Origin: Eledone cirrhosa | Lineage: Eukaryota | NCBI GenBank assembly: GCA_964016885.1 | Contig: OZ024742.1 | Span: 182,342,001 to 182,406,000, forward strand | Length of the DNA stretch: 64,000 nt | Reading direction: 5' to 3' | Shown: in pieces, positions 45,891 to 60,365 of the stretch | How positions within the stretch are numbered: position 1 is the stretch's first letter | Layout: each line of letters opens with the position of its first letter | Notes under the pieces: model-generated | Seen by the model: the letters and a program-made list of their open reading frames with translations, nothing else | Databases searched by the model: none | What the model was told of the DNA's origin: nothing | Program-made: the position numbers and the translations under genes

Positions 45891-46039
45891 GACCCCGTAA
45901 GGATGAAAGGCAAAGTCAACCTCGACGGGAGTTCAAATCCCGCCGAGGTTGACTTTGCCTTTCATCCTTACGGGGTCGATAAAATAAAGTACCAGTAATG
46001 CACTGAAAATTTGCTGGCCTTGTGCCTAAAGTAGAATAA
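45891..46039 (+). mobile_element. SINE-1 with 5' fold-back inverted duplication and 18-bp TSD
   Basis: 45891-45930 is the reverse complement of 45938-45977; attatatgaaagaataga at 45875-45892 and 46040-46057. Confidence 0.9.
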
Positions 46040-46530
46040 ATTATATGAAAGAATAGAAATTTTAAGAATAATGTTTAGAATCTCATTAAGAACTATCAAC
46101 ATTTACTGACAAACCATGTAGTAAGTGCTTTTTGTTTTCACGAACGATCAAAATATTTTAGTGAGCCCTTTAGGTTCGTCTGAATCTATGTTGAAGAGAT
46201 CACTGCGATAGTGCGTTGCGTAGTTGTTTCGGTTCTCTGCCCTCTACGTACAAATTTGCTTAATGGTCGATGTAACAGTACCAGGCTAGTATTAGTGCTG
46301 CCCTCTTTGCTTCCTGTTGTCACATCTTGAATGTTCTGCTTGATCAAGGCAAGGAGTATCGGGAAGGAGTCTGTATTTGTTTAAGACTACAATGACACAT
46401 GTAGGACTTCAGGTGTACGTGGAGAAGCAAACAACTAGAGATACTTTATATATTTGGTAAATTGAAAATATTAACAGAGAAATATTATTCTGCGCTCAGG
46501 GACTTTAGGAATATATACTATTGTTGATAT

Positions 46531-46710
46531 TGGATTGGCAGTATCGGTAGAGGGTTGGACGCTATGCTTTCCAGCATAGTTACGTCCCTTTATGATCTGA
46601 GTTCAAATCCCGCCGAGGTTGACTTTGCCTTTCATCCTTACAGGGTCGATAAAATAAAGTACCAGTAATGAACTGGGTAATTGCTGGCCTTGTGCCTAAA
46701 GTAGAAACAG
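46531..46710 (+). mobile_element. SINE-1
   Basis: Near-complete consensus. Confidence 0.9.
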
Positions 46711-47850
46711 ATATTAAGTTATGTACTATTCGATTGAGATATAGGATAAATACATATATGTACAGAAAGGATATAGGATTTAAACGAAGTTGTGCAATGT
46801 ATAAAAATAATAAACACTAACATATGTAGCTATTGTTTTTTCTTTACTTGTTTCCCTGCAAATATATAGAGAATGAACAAATTAACTCGAGTTTCGACAT
46901 TCGTTGAAGTCACTCTAAACCTTTTTCTGTGCACACATAAATAAATCACTAATGAGTCCTCAAACCCACCAAATATAGTTATATCAGTGAATTGGAAATA
47001 CCAATTTGCACAATATTAGTGTTTACTCTGGTAACTATTTCAGGATTAGATATAATAAATTATGCACTAAATAGCTGCGATGTATGATGAATAATATATG
47101 TATAAAAACAGTGCAAGATTTAGCCGAATTTACATATCTTCTGAACAAATATGCATTTAATATATACTATTTGTAGGCAGTGGATTGGCAGAATCATTAG
47201 AACATCGGATAGAATGGCTTGCGGTAATCGTTCCGCCATGGTAAACTTTGCTTTTCATCCTATCGAGATCAATGAAAAAAGTACCAGCCAAGTAATGGGG
47301 TAGATTCTTCCTCTATATCTCTTTCTTACTTCACCTCTTTCACTCTCTATTCTTCTCTGGAAGAAATCTGTTGTGTTCAGACCTGGAGGAGATATGGGTT
47401 CTGCCAGGCTTAAAATGCCTACGAAACGCCGTATGGCATTACGGCGACCCCCACGACTCCATCAGGAGTTACGGGACCATATCATATACTGTATAATTTC
47501 CGTTTAAAATGAACTGAGATTCCTCAGTCGAATTGCATGATATGGTAAACACACGCACAGCTGTGTGTTTTGACTGCAATACTATCATAGGCTTCAAGTT
47601 TAGTTATAACACACAGCAGATGAATTGCAGCTGTACAGGTCGTATTTATTATCAGAAAATCAAAACATTTCATTTCAGACCTAGGAACAATAATCCTTTA
47701 AATTAAACATTAACATAGCACAGGCGTGGATGCATGATTAAACAGATCGTTTCGCAGGCATATGGTGACGGGTTCATTTCTAGTGCATGGTACCTTAAGA
47801 ATTTTGGTTCCTAGATCAGTAATCAAGCTTTCCAGCTATCATGTATATTC

Positions 47851-47891
<41 letters not shown>

Positions 47892-48049
47892 TGTGTGTGT
47901 TTAGTATATTTACTTTCAAATATGATGCTTCATTCCGTCACAAATTCCGACTTTGTCTCTTATGTGCCATAACTATATATATAAAGTAATATATTTCTTC
48001 AATGTACTGTGTCATTTGCTTTGTTATTTCTGTTTACTTTTTACATACG

Positions 48050-48124
<75 letters not shown>

Positions 48125-48640
48125 AAGTGTGTTAGCAACCGAAGTATATGATAAAGTTATATCGTATTTTCTCGCGTGTGTACATGCCTACATATTAAAG
48201 ATGTGTATATATTTATACACATTGGTGCAAACTTGGTTACATATTCTGTATTTATACAAATATAACTTTATATATACATATATTGTTAATAAAGATATGA
48301 ATTTTTTTTTAAATTCAAAATCACTTAAAGTTAATGACGGTGTTGTCGTCAATATACCGTATGTGTATGGAGAAATATATATAAATAAATATATAGATAT
48401 AGATATATTTAATACAATAACAGAGATAGTTTAAAGCTAAACTCTGACTGGTAACCATCTCACTCAACAAACATTAGGTTATATTAAAATATAAACCCAA
48501 TTTAAGTGTTTGGGGTGCTAACAATATGTATAATGTGGAAAAACCAGATGTATTATTTTATGAGATATAATTAAAGTTAAAGTATAGATATATATAGGTA
48601 TGTGTGTGTGTGTATGTGTACACACACACACATACCTATG

Positions 48641-48705
<65 letters not shown>

Positions 48706-48714
48706 GTATATATA

Positions 48715-48746
<32 letters not shown>

Positions 48747-48767
48747 ATGTGTGTGTGTGTGTGTGAA

Positions 48768-48910
48768 GGCGCATGGCTTAGTGGTTAGAGCATTGGGCTT
48801 GCAATCGAAAGGTTGTGAGTTCAATTCTCGGACCGGGTGATGTGTTGTTTCCTTGAGCAAGACACTTTATTTCACGCTGCTCCAGTTTACTAAGCTGTAG
48901 AAATGAGTAC
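48768..48910 (+). mobile_element. CORE-type tRNA SINE (SINE-2)
   Basis: A box tggcttagtgg, B box gagttcaattc, CORE-like ccttgagcaagacactt. Confidence 0.8.
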
Positions 48911-49095
48911 CGGCCTGCCCGCCCAGCCAGTGGGATGGCGTTATCTTATGGCTAAAACACCACACAAGTGCTCTGGCCAGCGGCGCCGAGTGGCACCCGA
49001 CAGACTGGTCGGTCAAGGTGATCAAGGTGATATATATATATATATATATGTTATATATTTTATATATATATATATATATTTTATATATATATATA

Positions 49096-49138
<43 letters not shown>

Positions 49139-49182
49139 ATAAGAACCGGAGAATCAGTGTTGCGACGAATAAAATTTATTAG

Positions 49183-49271
49183 ACATATTACAATCGTTTC
49201 TTTGGCGACCAGATCGAGGCACGATCGATATAATGAACCTGACTCTAAAATCGCAAGGTCCTCAGATACGT
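49183..49271 (-). ncRNA. Type I hammerhead with long stem II (family G), intact core
   Basis: Minus: acgtat-CTGAGGA-...-GAAAC(gatt)GTA-atatgt, then AATAAA; lies in a TA-flanked stub 49137-49335. Confidence 0.75.
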
Positions 49272-49332
49272 CTCGATTCGACGAAGCAGAGTTGCCAAAT
49301 GTCCAGTTACACCCGCGGCCCTTACTCCGCAG

Positions 49333-49386
<54 letters not shown>

Positions 49387-49635
49387 CAATCATCAGGAAA
49401 GCCTCGATGTGTGTGTATATATATATGTATGTATATATATATATATATAAGAACAAAAGATGGTTAAAGGAGTTCCATGTATTTTATTATGCGCATTTCA
49501 AAAACAAACATCATCATGCAATAATATTTGTGTTTTCATCAGATAAAACAGGAGGACATGATATGAAGGCTAAAAAACACTTGTGGATAGTGCAGTTTTA
49601 AATCAACATATTGTACTACAATAAAACTCACCTCC

Positions 49636-49684
<49 letters not shown>

Positions 49685-49849
49685 CAAAGGCATATATTGA
49701 GTTAGAAACTCAAAACAGTCTCCTACAATTAAATAGCTCAAGGAAAGAGATTTTTCCGAGTCGTATAGTATAATTGAATATAAAAGAGACTTACGATTTG
49801 AACACATATATGTGTATATCTGTGTTTATCTCTCTTCTATATTCAATTA

Positions 49850-49906
<57 letters not shown>

Positions 49907-50879
49907 CATTCGTAAATGCATACATACATATCAACTTACATGCGTGTACACATGCATGCGTGCGTGCATCTATATATATATATTGCAGAACATTGGCACA
50001 GAACTAGTGTGATTGACAGTTAAGTTACCAGAACTATCTAAATTATCCCTGTAGTAAACAGCAGTAATCTAAACACTGGAAACCTAACCCAGTTTTGATC
50101 ATCTGTCTGTTGAGGTGACGACGATAGCCGCCATTTTCCCTACGTATCGTGACAAAGCTCGTCGTATTGTCTTTCCTATTAAAAAGATTATTGTTTAGAT
50201 AGACAATGTCGATGAATAAACCAACCAGTTCCTGAATGTCACTGTTGTCTTACCTTCACACCTGCTTTGAAGGTTATTTATACACCGAACATATATGTTG
50301 TTAGGTTTAATTCAAATAACCTAAAACTATCACCAGGAAAATATCTTTATCATAGAAAACAAGAAAAACAAGAAAAAATTAGTTAGATTGTCATCTTTTG
50401 TTTACGTTTTACTTGACTTGAAACGAATCCGTTTCTCGTTTGTCAAATAATAAATTATAAATTACTGGTGATAATGTATACACGAATTGTTATTAAAATT
50501 CACAGAGGAACTCATTTAACCATATGGCTTTACCACATATAAGTATTGTGTACTGCCGTCTAGATAATGTCCTTTGCCATAATTTATTGATGTTTGCTAC
50601 TATCTACATAGTTCTCTTTGGCAATTGACGATTCAAATACATGAATACATGAATACAAAAATATGGGACGACAACAATACGGCAATACGTGAATCTTTCA
50701 TAGTAAATACACGGGTTATTGAGTGTGAACAAATAGCTAGAAATCTATGTGTGTGTTTGTGTGTATATATATATATATAAGTATATATCTAAGTATTAAT
50801 GTAAATATATACACATACATACATACACACATATACATACATGCATAATGCCTTTATATATATATATATACACCTACTC

Positions 50880-51230
50880 TTTTATTAGTTCCCAGCCCGC
50901 GGACAATGCCCATACTGGAGTATCTGTTTCCATAGCTGTCCATCTGTTGTTGGATTTTGATAAATTGATACCTGGGAGTTGGTTACTGCTGCATATTTGT
51001 TTTACCTGAGATGAAGGCTCAAGTGTGATTTCAGATAATAGAACGTCGAGGTATTTCTTGACTACACCTATATCAACTGCATGTAGATCTCTCAAGTTTT
51101 TCAGCAGGATATCCGTGAGCTGTGAGCATTTAAACCCCAAGCTATTTCAGCATCTGGTCCTAACTCTAGATCGGAGTAACATGCAGTAACATCTATTTCG
51201 AGGATTTGTGTGTACATTGTTGCTATCTTG
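50880..51230 (-). mobile_element. LINE 3'-terminal coding remnant (CR1/Jockey-like)
   Basis: GFKCSQL..ILLKNLRDLHAVD...VKKYLDVLLSEI resembles the FK..LD C-terminus of CR1-group ORF2. Confidence 0.6.
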
Positions 51231-51385
51231 GTAATATGTGCATTAAACGATGCTCCATTACTGAAATCGACTCGCCAGTGTAATACACTAACTATGACGC
51301 TGGGATTGCAAACTTATTTGAAATTATTCGGTAATACATTACTCGTAGTTGTCACCAACTCACGTGTATATTGTATTTAGGTAAT

Positions 51386-51760
51386 AATTGTTTCTACATG
51401 TGGCGCAAGGCCAGCAATTACCCAGTGCATTACTGGTACTTTATTTTATCGACCCCGTAAGGATGAAAGGCAAAGTTAACCTCGGCGGGATTTGAACTCA
51501 GACCGTAAAGGGACGTAATTATGCTGGAAAGCATGGCGTCCGACCCTCTACTGATACTGCCAATCCATTAGGTAATAATTGTTTCTACTTTAGGCACAAG
51601 GCCAGCAATTATCCCAGTGCATTACTGGTACTTTATTTTATCGACCCCGTAAGAATGAAAGACAAAGTTAACCTCGGCGGGATTTGAACTCAGACCGTAA
51701 AGGGACGTAACTATGCTGGAAAGCATGGCGTCCGACCCTCTACTGATACTGCCAATCCAT
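51386..51760 (-). mobile_element. Head-to-tail tandem pair of SINE-1
   Basis: Copies at 51386-51568 and 51577-51760, bounded three times by ttaggtaataat/ttaagtaataat. Confidence 0.92.
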
Positions 51761-51945
51761 TAAGTAATAATGCTTGTTTGTGTTACCATAAGGTTTCTTG
51801 ATTGCTTTTAGGACAAATGCACTAGTTCCTAGCATTTATATTGTCAGCATAGCTAGTGAGGATCGTTACTCGAACAATTTAGGGTATATCTGAGAATGCC
51901 ACTACAAATAGTAAGGACTGCAAGAAAGTTAGTTCCTATTTATAC

Positions 51946-52023
<78 letters not shown>

Positions 52024-52128
52024 GTGTGTGTATATATATATGTGTATAAACATATATATGTATATATATATATATATGTATAGATATATATATGTATATA
52101 TATATATATATGTATAAATATATATATG

Positions 52129-52185
<57 letters not shown>

Positions 52186-52200
52186 GTATATATATATATG

Positions 52201-52309
<109 letters not shown>

Positions 52310-52381
52310 GTATATATATATATACATATATATATGTATATATAAATATATACATATATATATATATGTATATATAAATAT

Positions 52382-52414
<33 letters not shown>

Positions 52415-52424
52415 AATATATATA

Positions 52425-52486
<62 letters not shown>

Positions 52487-52499
52487 TATATATATAAAT

Positions 52500-52530
<31 letters not shown>

Positions 52531-52605
52531 AATATATATATATAAATATATATATATAAATATATGTAGATAAATCTACCAAGAGTTTACGGTAGTGTCC
52601 AATAA

Positions 52606-52656
<51 letters not shown>

Positions 52657-52972
52657 ACATAGGGTAAGAGATTGTCTAGGCAAATGGATTTGAACGAACA
52701 TTGCTATCCGATTTGGAAATAGACGAAATTTTACCATCTTTGTAAGTTCGATTTTTCTTTGGCAATGCATCTATATATATATGGATGGTAAGAATCATAA
52801 TAACTCAACTCTCAGATCTTCTTATGTCATTGCGCCTATATGATCGTACAAACATGCATAATGTGGATACATTTATCTAGACAATCTCTTATCCTTGAAT
52901 TATTAAGTTACTGCCCCTAATGAAAATTCTTAAATTTCATACAAGTAAAGCTGACTTTATATATATATATAC

Positions 52973-53370
52973 TGTTTCTACATTTGGCACAAGGCCAGCA
53001 AATACCCAGTACATTACTGGTACTTTATTTTATCGACCCCGTAAGGATGAAAGGCAAAGTTAACCTCGGCGGGATTTGAACTCAGACTGTAAAGGGACGT
53101 AACTATGCTAGAAAGCATGGCGTCCTACCCTCTACAGAGACTACCAATTCACTATATATATATACATTATATATATACATATGGCGGTGGATTGGCAGTA
53201 TCGGTAATGGGTCGGACGCCATGCTTTCCAGCATAGTTACGTCCCTTTACGATCTGAGTTCAAATCCCGCCGAGGTTGACTTTGCCTTTCATCCTTACGG
53301 GGTCGATAAAATAAAGTACCAGTAATGCACTGGTTAATTGCTTACCTTGTGCCTAAAGTAGAAACAATTA
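52973..53370. mobile_element. Head-to-head inverted pair of SINE-1
   Basis: Minus copy 52973-53152 and plus copy 53183-53370, about 30 bp apart. Confidence 0.9.
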
Positions 53371-53410
53371 TATATACACATATATGTGTATATATATATA
53401 TATATATATA

Positions 53411-53577
53411 CCGTATTTCTCGGCGCCGAAGACGCTTCGTCCTCGAGGACGCACCCAAATTTTGACAACCAAATATTTGAAAAAAATAATAAACAACCTT
53501 TGGCTTCCAGGGCGCATGTTAGATTTTTGAGACTTATTTTAGGGAAAAAGTGTCGTCTCCGACGCCGGGAAATGCGG
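53411..53577. mobile_element. pogo/Tc2-like MITE
   Basis: TIRs ccgtatttctcggcgccgaagacg / cgtctccgacgccgggaaatgcgg with TA flanks. Confidence 0.8.
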
Positions 53578-53596
53578 TACATATATATATATATAT

Positions 53597-53720
53597 GGCG
53601 TGTGGCTGAGTGGTTAGAGAATTGGATTCGCAATCGTAAGGTTGTGAGTTCGATTCCTGAACCAGGCGATGCGTTATGTCCTTGGGCAAGACACTTTATT
53701 TCACGTTGCTCCTTCTACCT
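53597..53720 (+). mobile_element. CORE-type tRNA SINE (SINE-2)
   Basis: tggctgagtgg, gagttcgattc, tgtccttgggcaagacactt. Confidence 0.8.
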
Positions 53721-53830
53721 GGAGTTGCGACCGATAGATAGTATTAGCAATTGGAAAGACCAACGGAAACATTGTTCCTTCGGTCCGATTTGACGAAGTC
53801 GTTCCTATATATCTGTGTGTGTGTGTTTGT

Positions 53831-54074
53831 TAGGTAATTCCTAAGAAAAAGCAAATGAATAAAGAGTGCTCTATGTATAGAACAGAGCTATTTAATTAGA
53901 AAGTGAACAAAACAATATATAACTACACCATTACCAAAGGTTTCAGGACCCTAGATCGTTTATTAGACAGAAATGTTATCTCTGCCTGATGAACGATCTA
54001 GACGTATATCAATATTGTCTAGGGTCCTGAAACCTTTGGCAATGGAATAGTTATATATTGTGTTGTTCACTTTC

Positions 54075-54079
<5 letters not shown>
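53831..54079. mobile_element. Palindromic Penelope stub, family H, with hammerhead-like core
   Basis: Imperfect palindrome 53894-54079; CTGATGA at 53986 ... GAAACC(ttt)GG at 54029; related piece at 19911-20075. Stem I pairing is not evident. Confidence 0.65.
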
Positions 54080-54142
<63 letters not shown>

Positions 54143-54146
<4 letters not shown>

Positions 54147-54568
54147 AACGAGTAGGACCCCGACGGCTGAGCTCAAGCCGTTTCGACGGCTAATTCTGGA
54201 CTAAATTTAGTCCAGAATTAGCCGTCGAAACGGCTTGAGCTCAGCCGTCGGGGTCCTACTCGTTCCTATTACCCACTCTACTACCCTAAGTATTGAGTAC
54301 TTTGGTGCGTTATGGTCCACCTGGTTCCTTACCACATTTCCTCCGTTATATATATATATATATATAAATATATATATAACAAAGGAATTGTGGTACGGAA
54401 CCAGATGGACCATAACGCACCAGAGTACTCAATACTTAGTGTAGTAGAGTGGGAAATAGGAAAAAGTATGACCCGACGGCAGAGCCCAAGCGGTTTCGAC
54501 GGGTATTTCTGGTCCAGAAATAGCCGTCGAAACGGCTTAAGCTCTGCAGTCGGGGTCAGACTTTTTCC

Positions 54569-54570
<2 letters not shown>
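54143..54570. mobile_element. Two adjacent family A fold-back stubs, tail-to-tail (two subfamilies)
   Basis: 54143-54348 (+) and 54378-54570 (-), separated by TA. Confidence 0.9.
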
Positions 54571-54608
<38 letters not shown>

Positions 54609-54723
54609 TAACATAAATATACATATATATATAACATAAATAACATATATATATACACATACATATAACGTAAATATAAATAACATATAAATAACATATA
54701 TATAACATAAATAACATATATAC

Positions 54724-54758
<35 letters not shown>

Positions 54759-54936
54759 TAAAAGGAAAAGAAAATGCTGACAAATTTTTCCCAGTGAAAA
54801 ATAGTTTAATTAGGAATAAGTTTAAATTAGTAATAAGTATTGGTTAGTATTCAGTTTTAGTTTTACGTTTTTACCGGTTGCGCATTTCTAATGCTTTTCA
54901 AAAATAATTTTGAGATAGAGCGCTCGTGATGTTTGC

Positions 54937-54999
<63 letters not shown>

Positions 55000-55001
<2 letters not shown>

Positions 55002-55200
55002 CGAATGAGATGTGGTAAGGAACCAGGTGGACCATAACGCACCAAAGTACTCAATACTTGAGGTAGTAGATGGGTAATAGGAACCAGTAAGACCCCGACA
55101 GGTGAGCTCAAGCCGTTTCGACGGCTAATTCTGGACTAATTCTGAGTCCAGAATTAGCCGTCGAAACGGCTTGAGCTCACCTGTCGGGGTCTTACTGGTT

Positions 55201-55204
<4 letters not shown>
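55000..55204 (-). mobile_element. Family A fold-back stub with tail
   Basis: Both arms share a private variant (gacaggtgagctc / gagctcacctgtc). Confidence 0.9.
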
Positions 55205-55245
<41 letters not shown>

Positions 55246-55474
55246 TATATATATATGTTATTTATGTTCATACACGAAACAAAGGGGCTACATACGGTTT
55301 CAAGAGGCAACAATGACCATTCTCCAGAATGTAATAGGTATCAAATTTGTGACCTAATCTTCAGGCGTTTATTCGAGATAAACTCGTATAAATAAAATAA
55401 GCTCTCTTCCTGATTGAACACTGTTTTCCTTTTTCACACATACGGACATTTCTACATACACACACACACACATT

Positions 55475-55510
<36 letters not shown>

Positions 55511-55892
55511 CCTGGCGTCACAGTTTATTTGTTTAGTCTCAGTTATACAACATATACCTACACCTCCATATCAACTTCATTCTTTGTCACTTAATCTTAA
55601 TGTTTGATGACAAGATTTCCTTGATGTTGTCCCCAAGCCCCCACCAACAGTTTCACATTTCTTACAATATGTAGATAAACTGATCCTGTTTCTATCTTCC
55701 ATCCTTTTCTTCTCTCTCTCACCTTCTCTCCCACTCTATTTCTCTTTCTCACTATCTACTTGCTCTCTCTCTCTCTCTCTCTATCTCTCTCATCAGTTTC
55801 CTATCGTTATCCTCACCTTAATAGCTTATGTTACTAGCTATATTGTCCTGTGAATTTCCATGTTTGTTATTATTATTATTGTTATTGTTATT

Positions 55893-56965
55893 AATTGTTT
55901 CTACTTTAGGCACAAGGCCAGCAATTACCCACTGGTACTTTATTTTATCGACCCCGTAAGGATGAAAGGCAAAGTCAATCTCGGCGGGATTTGAACTCAG
56001 ATCGTAAAGGGACGTAACTATGCTGGAAAGCATGGCGTCAGACCCTCTACCGATACTGCCAATCCACCGCCCATTGTTATTGTTATTAATGGCGGTGAAT
56101 TGGACGTCGGACTGCATGATTTGTGCCACATGATTACAGCCTTTTACGTTCTGAGGTCAAACCCCGCTGAAGTTAGCTTTGCCTTTCATTCTTACAAGGT
56201 CGTTAATATAAAGTACCAGTAATGTACTAGAAGTGATTCAATCGACTTCCCTTTCCCTTCAAATTGCTGGATGTGTGCCAAAAGTTGAAATAATTATTAC
56301 CATTAGGTTTGCCAAGATCGTTAGAGCTTCGTAAGAAAATGCTTTGGGGCATTTAAATCCCATCAAGGCTATTTTTATCTACCGGTTCGATAAAATAAAG
56401 TACCATCTCAAGTACTGACGAGGGTTTAATCGACTTGGCCTTCCAACCGAAATTGCTGGCCTTATGACTAATTTAGAAACCATTATTATTATTGATAGGG
56501 CGGTGGATTGGCAGTATCGGTAGAGGGTCGGACGCCACGCTTTGCAGCATAGAGTTACGGCCCTTTATGAACTGAGTTCAAATCCCGCCGGGGTTAACTT
56601 TGCCTTTCATCCTAACGTGGTCGATAAAATAGAGTACCAGTAATACACTGGGGTAATTGCTGGCCTTGTGCCAAAAGTAGAATGAAGCATAGAGTTATGT
56701 CCCTTTATGATCTGAGTTCAAATCCCGCCGAGGTTAACTTTGCCTTTCTTCCTTACGGGGTCGATAAAATAGAGTACCAGTAATACACTGGGATAAATGC
56801 TGGCCTTGTGCCAAAAGTAGAATGAAGCATAGAGTTATGTCCCTTTATGATCTGAGTTCAAATCCCGCCGAGGTTAACTTCGCCTTTCATCCTTACGGGG
56901 TCGATAAAATAAAGTACCAGTAATGTACTGAGTATTTGCTGGCCTTGTGCCTAAAATAGAAACAA
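55893..56965. mobile_element. SINE-1 cluster: minus copy, two diverged copies and a plus copy with internal tandem triplication
   Basis: 55893-56071 (-); 56091-56480 diverged; 56499-56965 has three repeats of about 140 bp joined by gtagaatgaagcatagagtt. Confidence 0.88.
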
Positions 56966-57544
56966 TTATTATTTTGATTTCCATGCACCTGTTTTTTCTA
57001 TCCCCTCTCACTACCATTCCTAGCTTTGATATGATGTTGATAGATTATGTAAACTTTGGGTCTTTTGATAAAATAAACATATCGTTGTTGGCAAAGCAAT
57101 TTATCTCGTTGATCAATAAAGTGAATATATAAGGATATACGTGAAATAACGAAAACTGTATTTAACGAGTTTATGCCTGTGTTTTAGCGTGTGAATGCGT
57201 GTGTTTGAACGAGAGATAGGGGTTGAGGAAGAGTGTGCGTGAGTGTGTGTATGCGTGCGTGCATGTGTATAGATGAGAGAGTGCGAGGGTGTGTGTATGT
57301 GTGTGAGTGTTTGTCAGAAAGAGCTTGTGTTACTTTGAAGAGACAACACTAGCTCTGAAGATCTTCATTAATGGTCTACACCGTTTGACAGGTATTTCGT
57401 GTTTTCTGACATGTATGACACAACAGAGAGTCTAGGAAATAGAATCTCTTCTTGTTGAACATCTGAACCTTTAGATTAAGCATAGTTACAGCATTAGTTA
57501 CCGTATGGATGCATGTATGTATATGTATATATACATACATCTAT

Positions 57545-57580
<36 letters not shown>

Positions 57581-57581
57581 G

Positions 57582-57652
<71 letters not shown>

Positions 57653-57807
57653 TTATACATGCATATATATATATATATATATATAAAGAATGAATAATAA
57701 CAGGTAGACATCATAAAAAGGTAATTTATTCCGTGTGCTTACAAGTGTTTCCACAGTGGTACTGCAGCCTAGTTCCGCTACGTGCAAATTCACAAGTATT
57801 TGCAGAA

Positions 57808-59767
57808 CTCGAATACGTACAATAACTTCATACGCAACGAACTACACAAAAAATATAGAAAAACAAATGAAACTACGCTAGCAAATATTAACAACGAGGC
57901 ATATAAAGTGGTGAAGAATCTCAAGATAGACGATAGAACCGAGCCGATTATACCCGCTACCCCCACCTTCAACCTGAAGGACCATAAGGTAAATTTTGAC
58001 TCTAACCCTAAGATCAGACTTATATGCCCTTCTAAATCAGACATAGGGAAAATTAGTAAACATATACTTGACAGAGTAATAACTCAAGTGAAAAAGAAAA
58101 TTGAAATTAAATTATGGGGCAACACTAGCGAAGCAATTCGCTGGTTTAATAATGTTAAGAATAAGAATAAATCTAAGTTTATACAATTTGACATAGACGA
58201 ATACTACTCTTCCATCTCACCAAGCACTTTACGTAAGGCCCTATCGTTTGCTAAGGCCAATTCTGACCTAACGGAGGACGAAATTAATATCATTCTCGAG
58301 GCTAGAAAAACCATTATTAAGTTCGATAACTGCTACTGGGAACGTAAGGACAGACCCACAAATTTCGATATTACCATGGGTTCCAACGACTCGGCGGAGG
58401 TCACGGATCTCGTGGGAATTTACATAGCCCACATATTACATAGTAGATTTAGTAATCTACAGGGGGGGGTATATACAGAGATGACGGGCTCTTATTAGTT
58501 AATAACTTGAATAACCAAAATCTTGAAAGGCTACGGAAAAATATTAAAAAATCTTTTAGCGAACTGGGTCTAAAAATAACATACGAATACAATCTTAAAG
58601 TAGTAAACTTTCTGGACGTAACTCTTAATTTAAATACCGGACAGATACGACCCTTCCACAAGGTAAATGAGAACCTTACGTATATTAACTTTAACTCTAA
58701 CCACCCACTCTCCATGATCAAATCAGTTCCCCGGAGTATTTCTCTTAGAATCTCTCGCCTATCGTCTAACTCTGATATTTTTAGTGAACATGCTGAATAC
58801 TACAATAATGCATTAAGGAATGCTGACCACCGGGATACAATAGAATACATCGATAGGAATTTCCACAACACACATAGCTCTACACGTAATCAAGGTATAC
58901 GTAACCGGGGGACTAAAACACAAGCACACACACACGGTACTACCAGACATACTAATAATAGAAGATCACCACCAAATAAATCACGTTGTAGAAAGTATAT
59001 CTGGTACAATCCTATTTTTAATGCCTCGATTAGTACAAAACTATCTCTTTCATTCTTTAAATTAATCAATAAACACTTCCCTAGTTCCCATAAGTACAGC
59101 AAAATTCTGAACTCTAAAACTATTAGACTATCATACTCCACGGCACCAAACCTTGAAGCATACATAAAAAAAACTTAACTTAAGGCAATTAAACAACTCT
59201 ACAAAACAAAACATTTTAGTAACAGATGGGCAGAACGCAATATCTGCCTCCCAACCACTAAATGGGAGACGGGTATTGCACAACCCACCTGTACCGCTAT
59301 CACAACCTATCCATGGTATACCCGCTACCCACAACAAAGAATGTAACTGCCATCTACCTGAAAGATGTCCATTGCAGAATGAATGCCTAAAGTCCAACAT
59401 TGTTTACCAATGTACGGTTGAATCGAACGACCAGAAATGGTATTATATCGGATCTACCACCACATCGTTTAAATCTCGCTGGTACCGTCATCGATTCTCA
59501 ATCAAACATCCGAATCACCGTTTTGTGACCACGCTCGCCAACAAGACCTGGCAACTCCGTGAACACAACCAACAGTTCACCTTAAAATGGGATATACTTT
59601 CCAGCGCAAATGCATATCGGAGTGGATTGAAGTACTGCAGGTTATGTAACCTTGAGCTATTTTACATACTAAAATCCCAAAACAAACTACTTAACGATAG
59701 AATCGAACGATCATTATACTGCAACCACAAACTAAAAGCTAAATTCTCTCACTATAAAATAACTTAA
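57808..59767 (+). CDS. Penelope-type reverse transcriptase + GIY-YIG endonuclease (5'-truncated; frame breaks in G8 at 58462-58469 and A8 at 59166-59173)
   Basis: RLICPSKSDIGKISK, FIQFDIDEYY, ITMGSNDSAEVTDLVG, YRDDGL, NFLDVTL, SNHP, WYNP, CNC....CPL..C, IVYQ..YYIGST..FKSRW..H, CRLC..E, CNH. Confidence 0.92.
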
Positions 59768-60259
59768 CATTCGAACCCGTAACTACAACACCACTTTCTA
59801 GCTAACAACCTTCTCTTCCCCCCACACTACAAGACAATACACTGCTTATCACTATACATGGTAACTCAGCACAATTCCTAGATTACTACTACAAAACCAA
59901 AAGTTCACTCACCACACATACTTTATCTGTCCCCTCTCTACCTATATATCTCTCTCTACATCCATTACACTCTCTCTCTCTCACCTTTGACCTACCTACC
60001 TCTCAACATCTATGAACCTGCCCTCTGGGGCAATAAATAATTCCGACCTCAACTATCTACGCATCTCTCCAAAAGTAACCAATAAAACCCCTACCATAAC
60101 ATTTTGATTAAGATATCTACAAGCCACTCTCTCCTACTTCTCCAACCCCTGCATATCTTTCCTTCTCTCTCCCTCTTCCCTACTTTTCTCTCTTCCTGTT
60201 CCACTCTATCTTCACCAACAACCCCACTTAAGGGTTTTTACATTGTACATTTACCATTC

Positions 60260-60365
60260 TGCTCTGAGGAAACAGTGGTCACAGCATTGGATATTCTGCA
60301 AATACTTGTGAATTTGCACGTAGCGGAACTAGGCTGCAGTACCACCGTGGAAACACTTGTAAGCA
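60260..60365 (+). ncRNA. Type I hammerhead ribozyme with long branched stem II in the 3' pLTR
   Basis: tgct-CTGAGGA-a-acagtggt...accaccgt-g-GAAAC(actt)GTA-agca; AATAAA at 60371; the inverted copy has the perfectly pairing accactgt. Confidence 0.82.

Noticed and set aside
54143-54268. Family A palindromes as DNA-transposon MITEs
   Set aside because: Asymmetric tail, a different centre in each copy and hammerhead-half content fit retro-derived fold-backs better; kept only as the alternative hypothesis.
57808-59767. Programmed frameshifting or selenocysteine recoding in the Penelope ORF
   Set aside because: Both breaks lie in homopolymers, one within the RT core just before YRDD; no in-frame TGA. 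Slippage or sequencing error is simpler.
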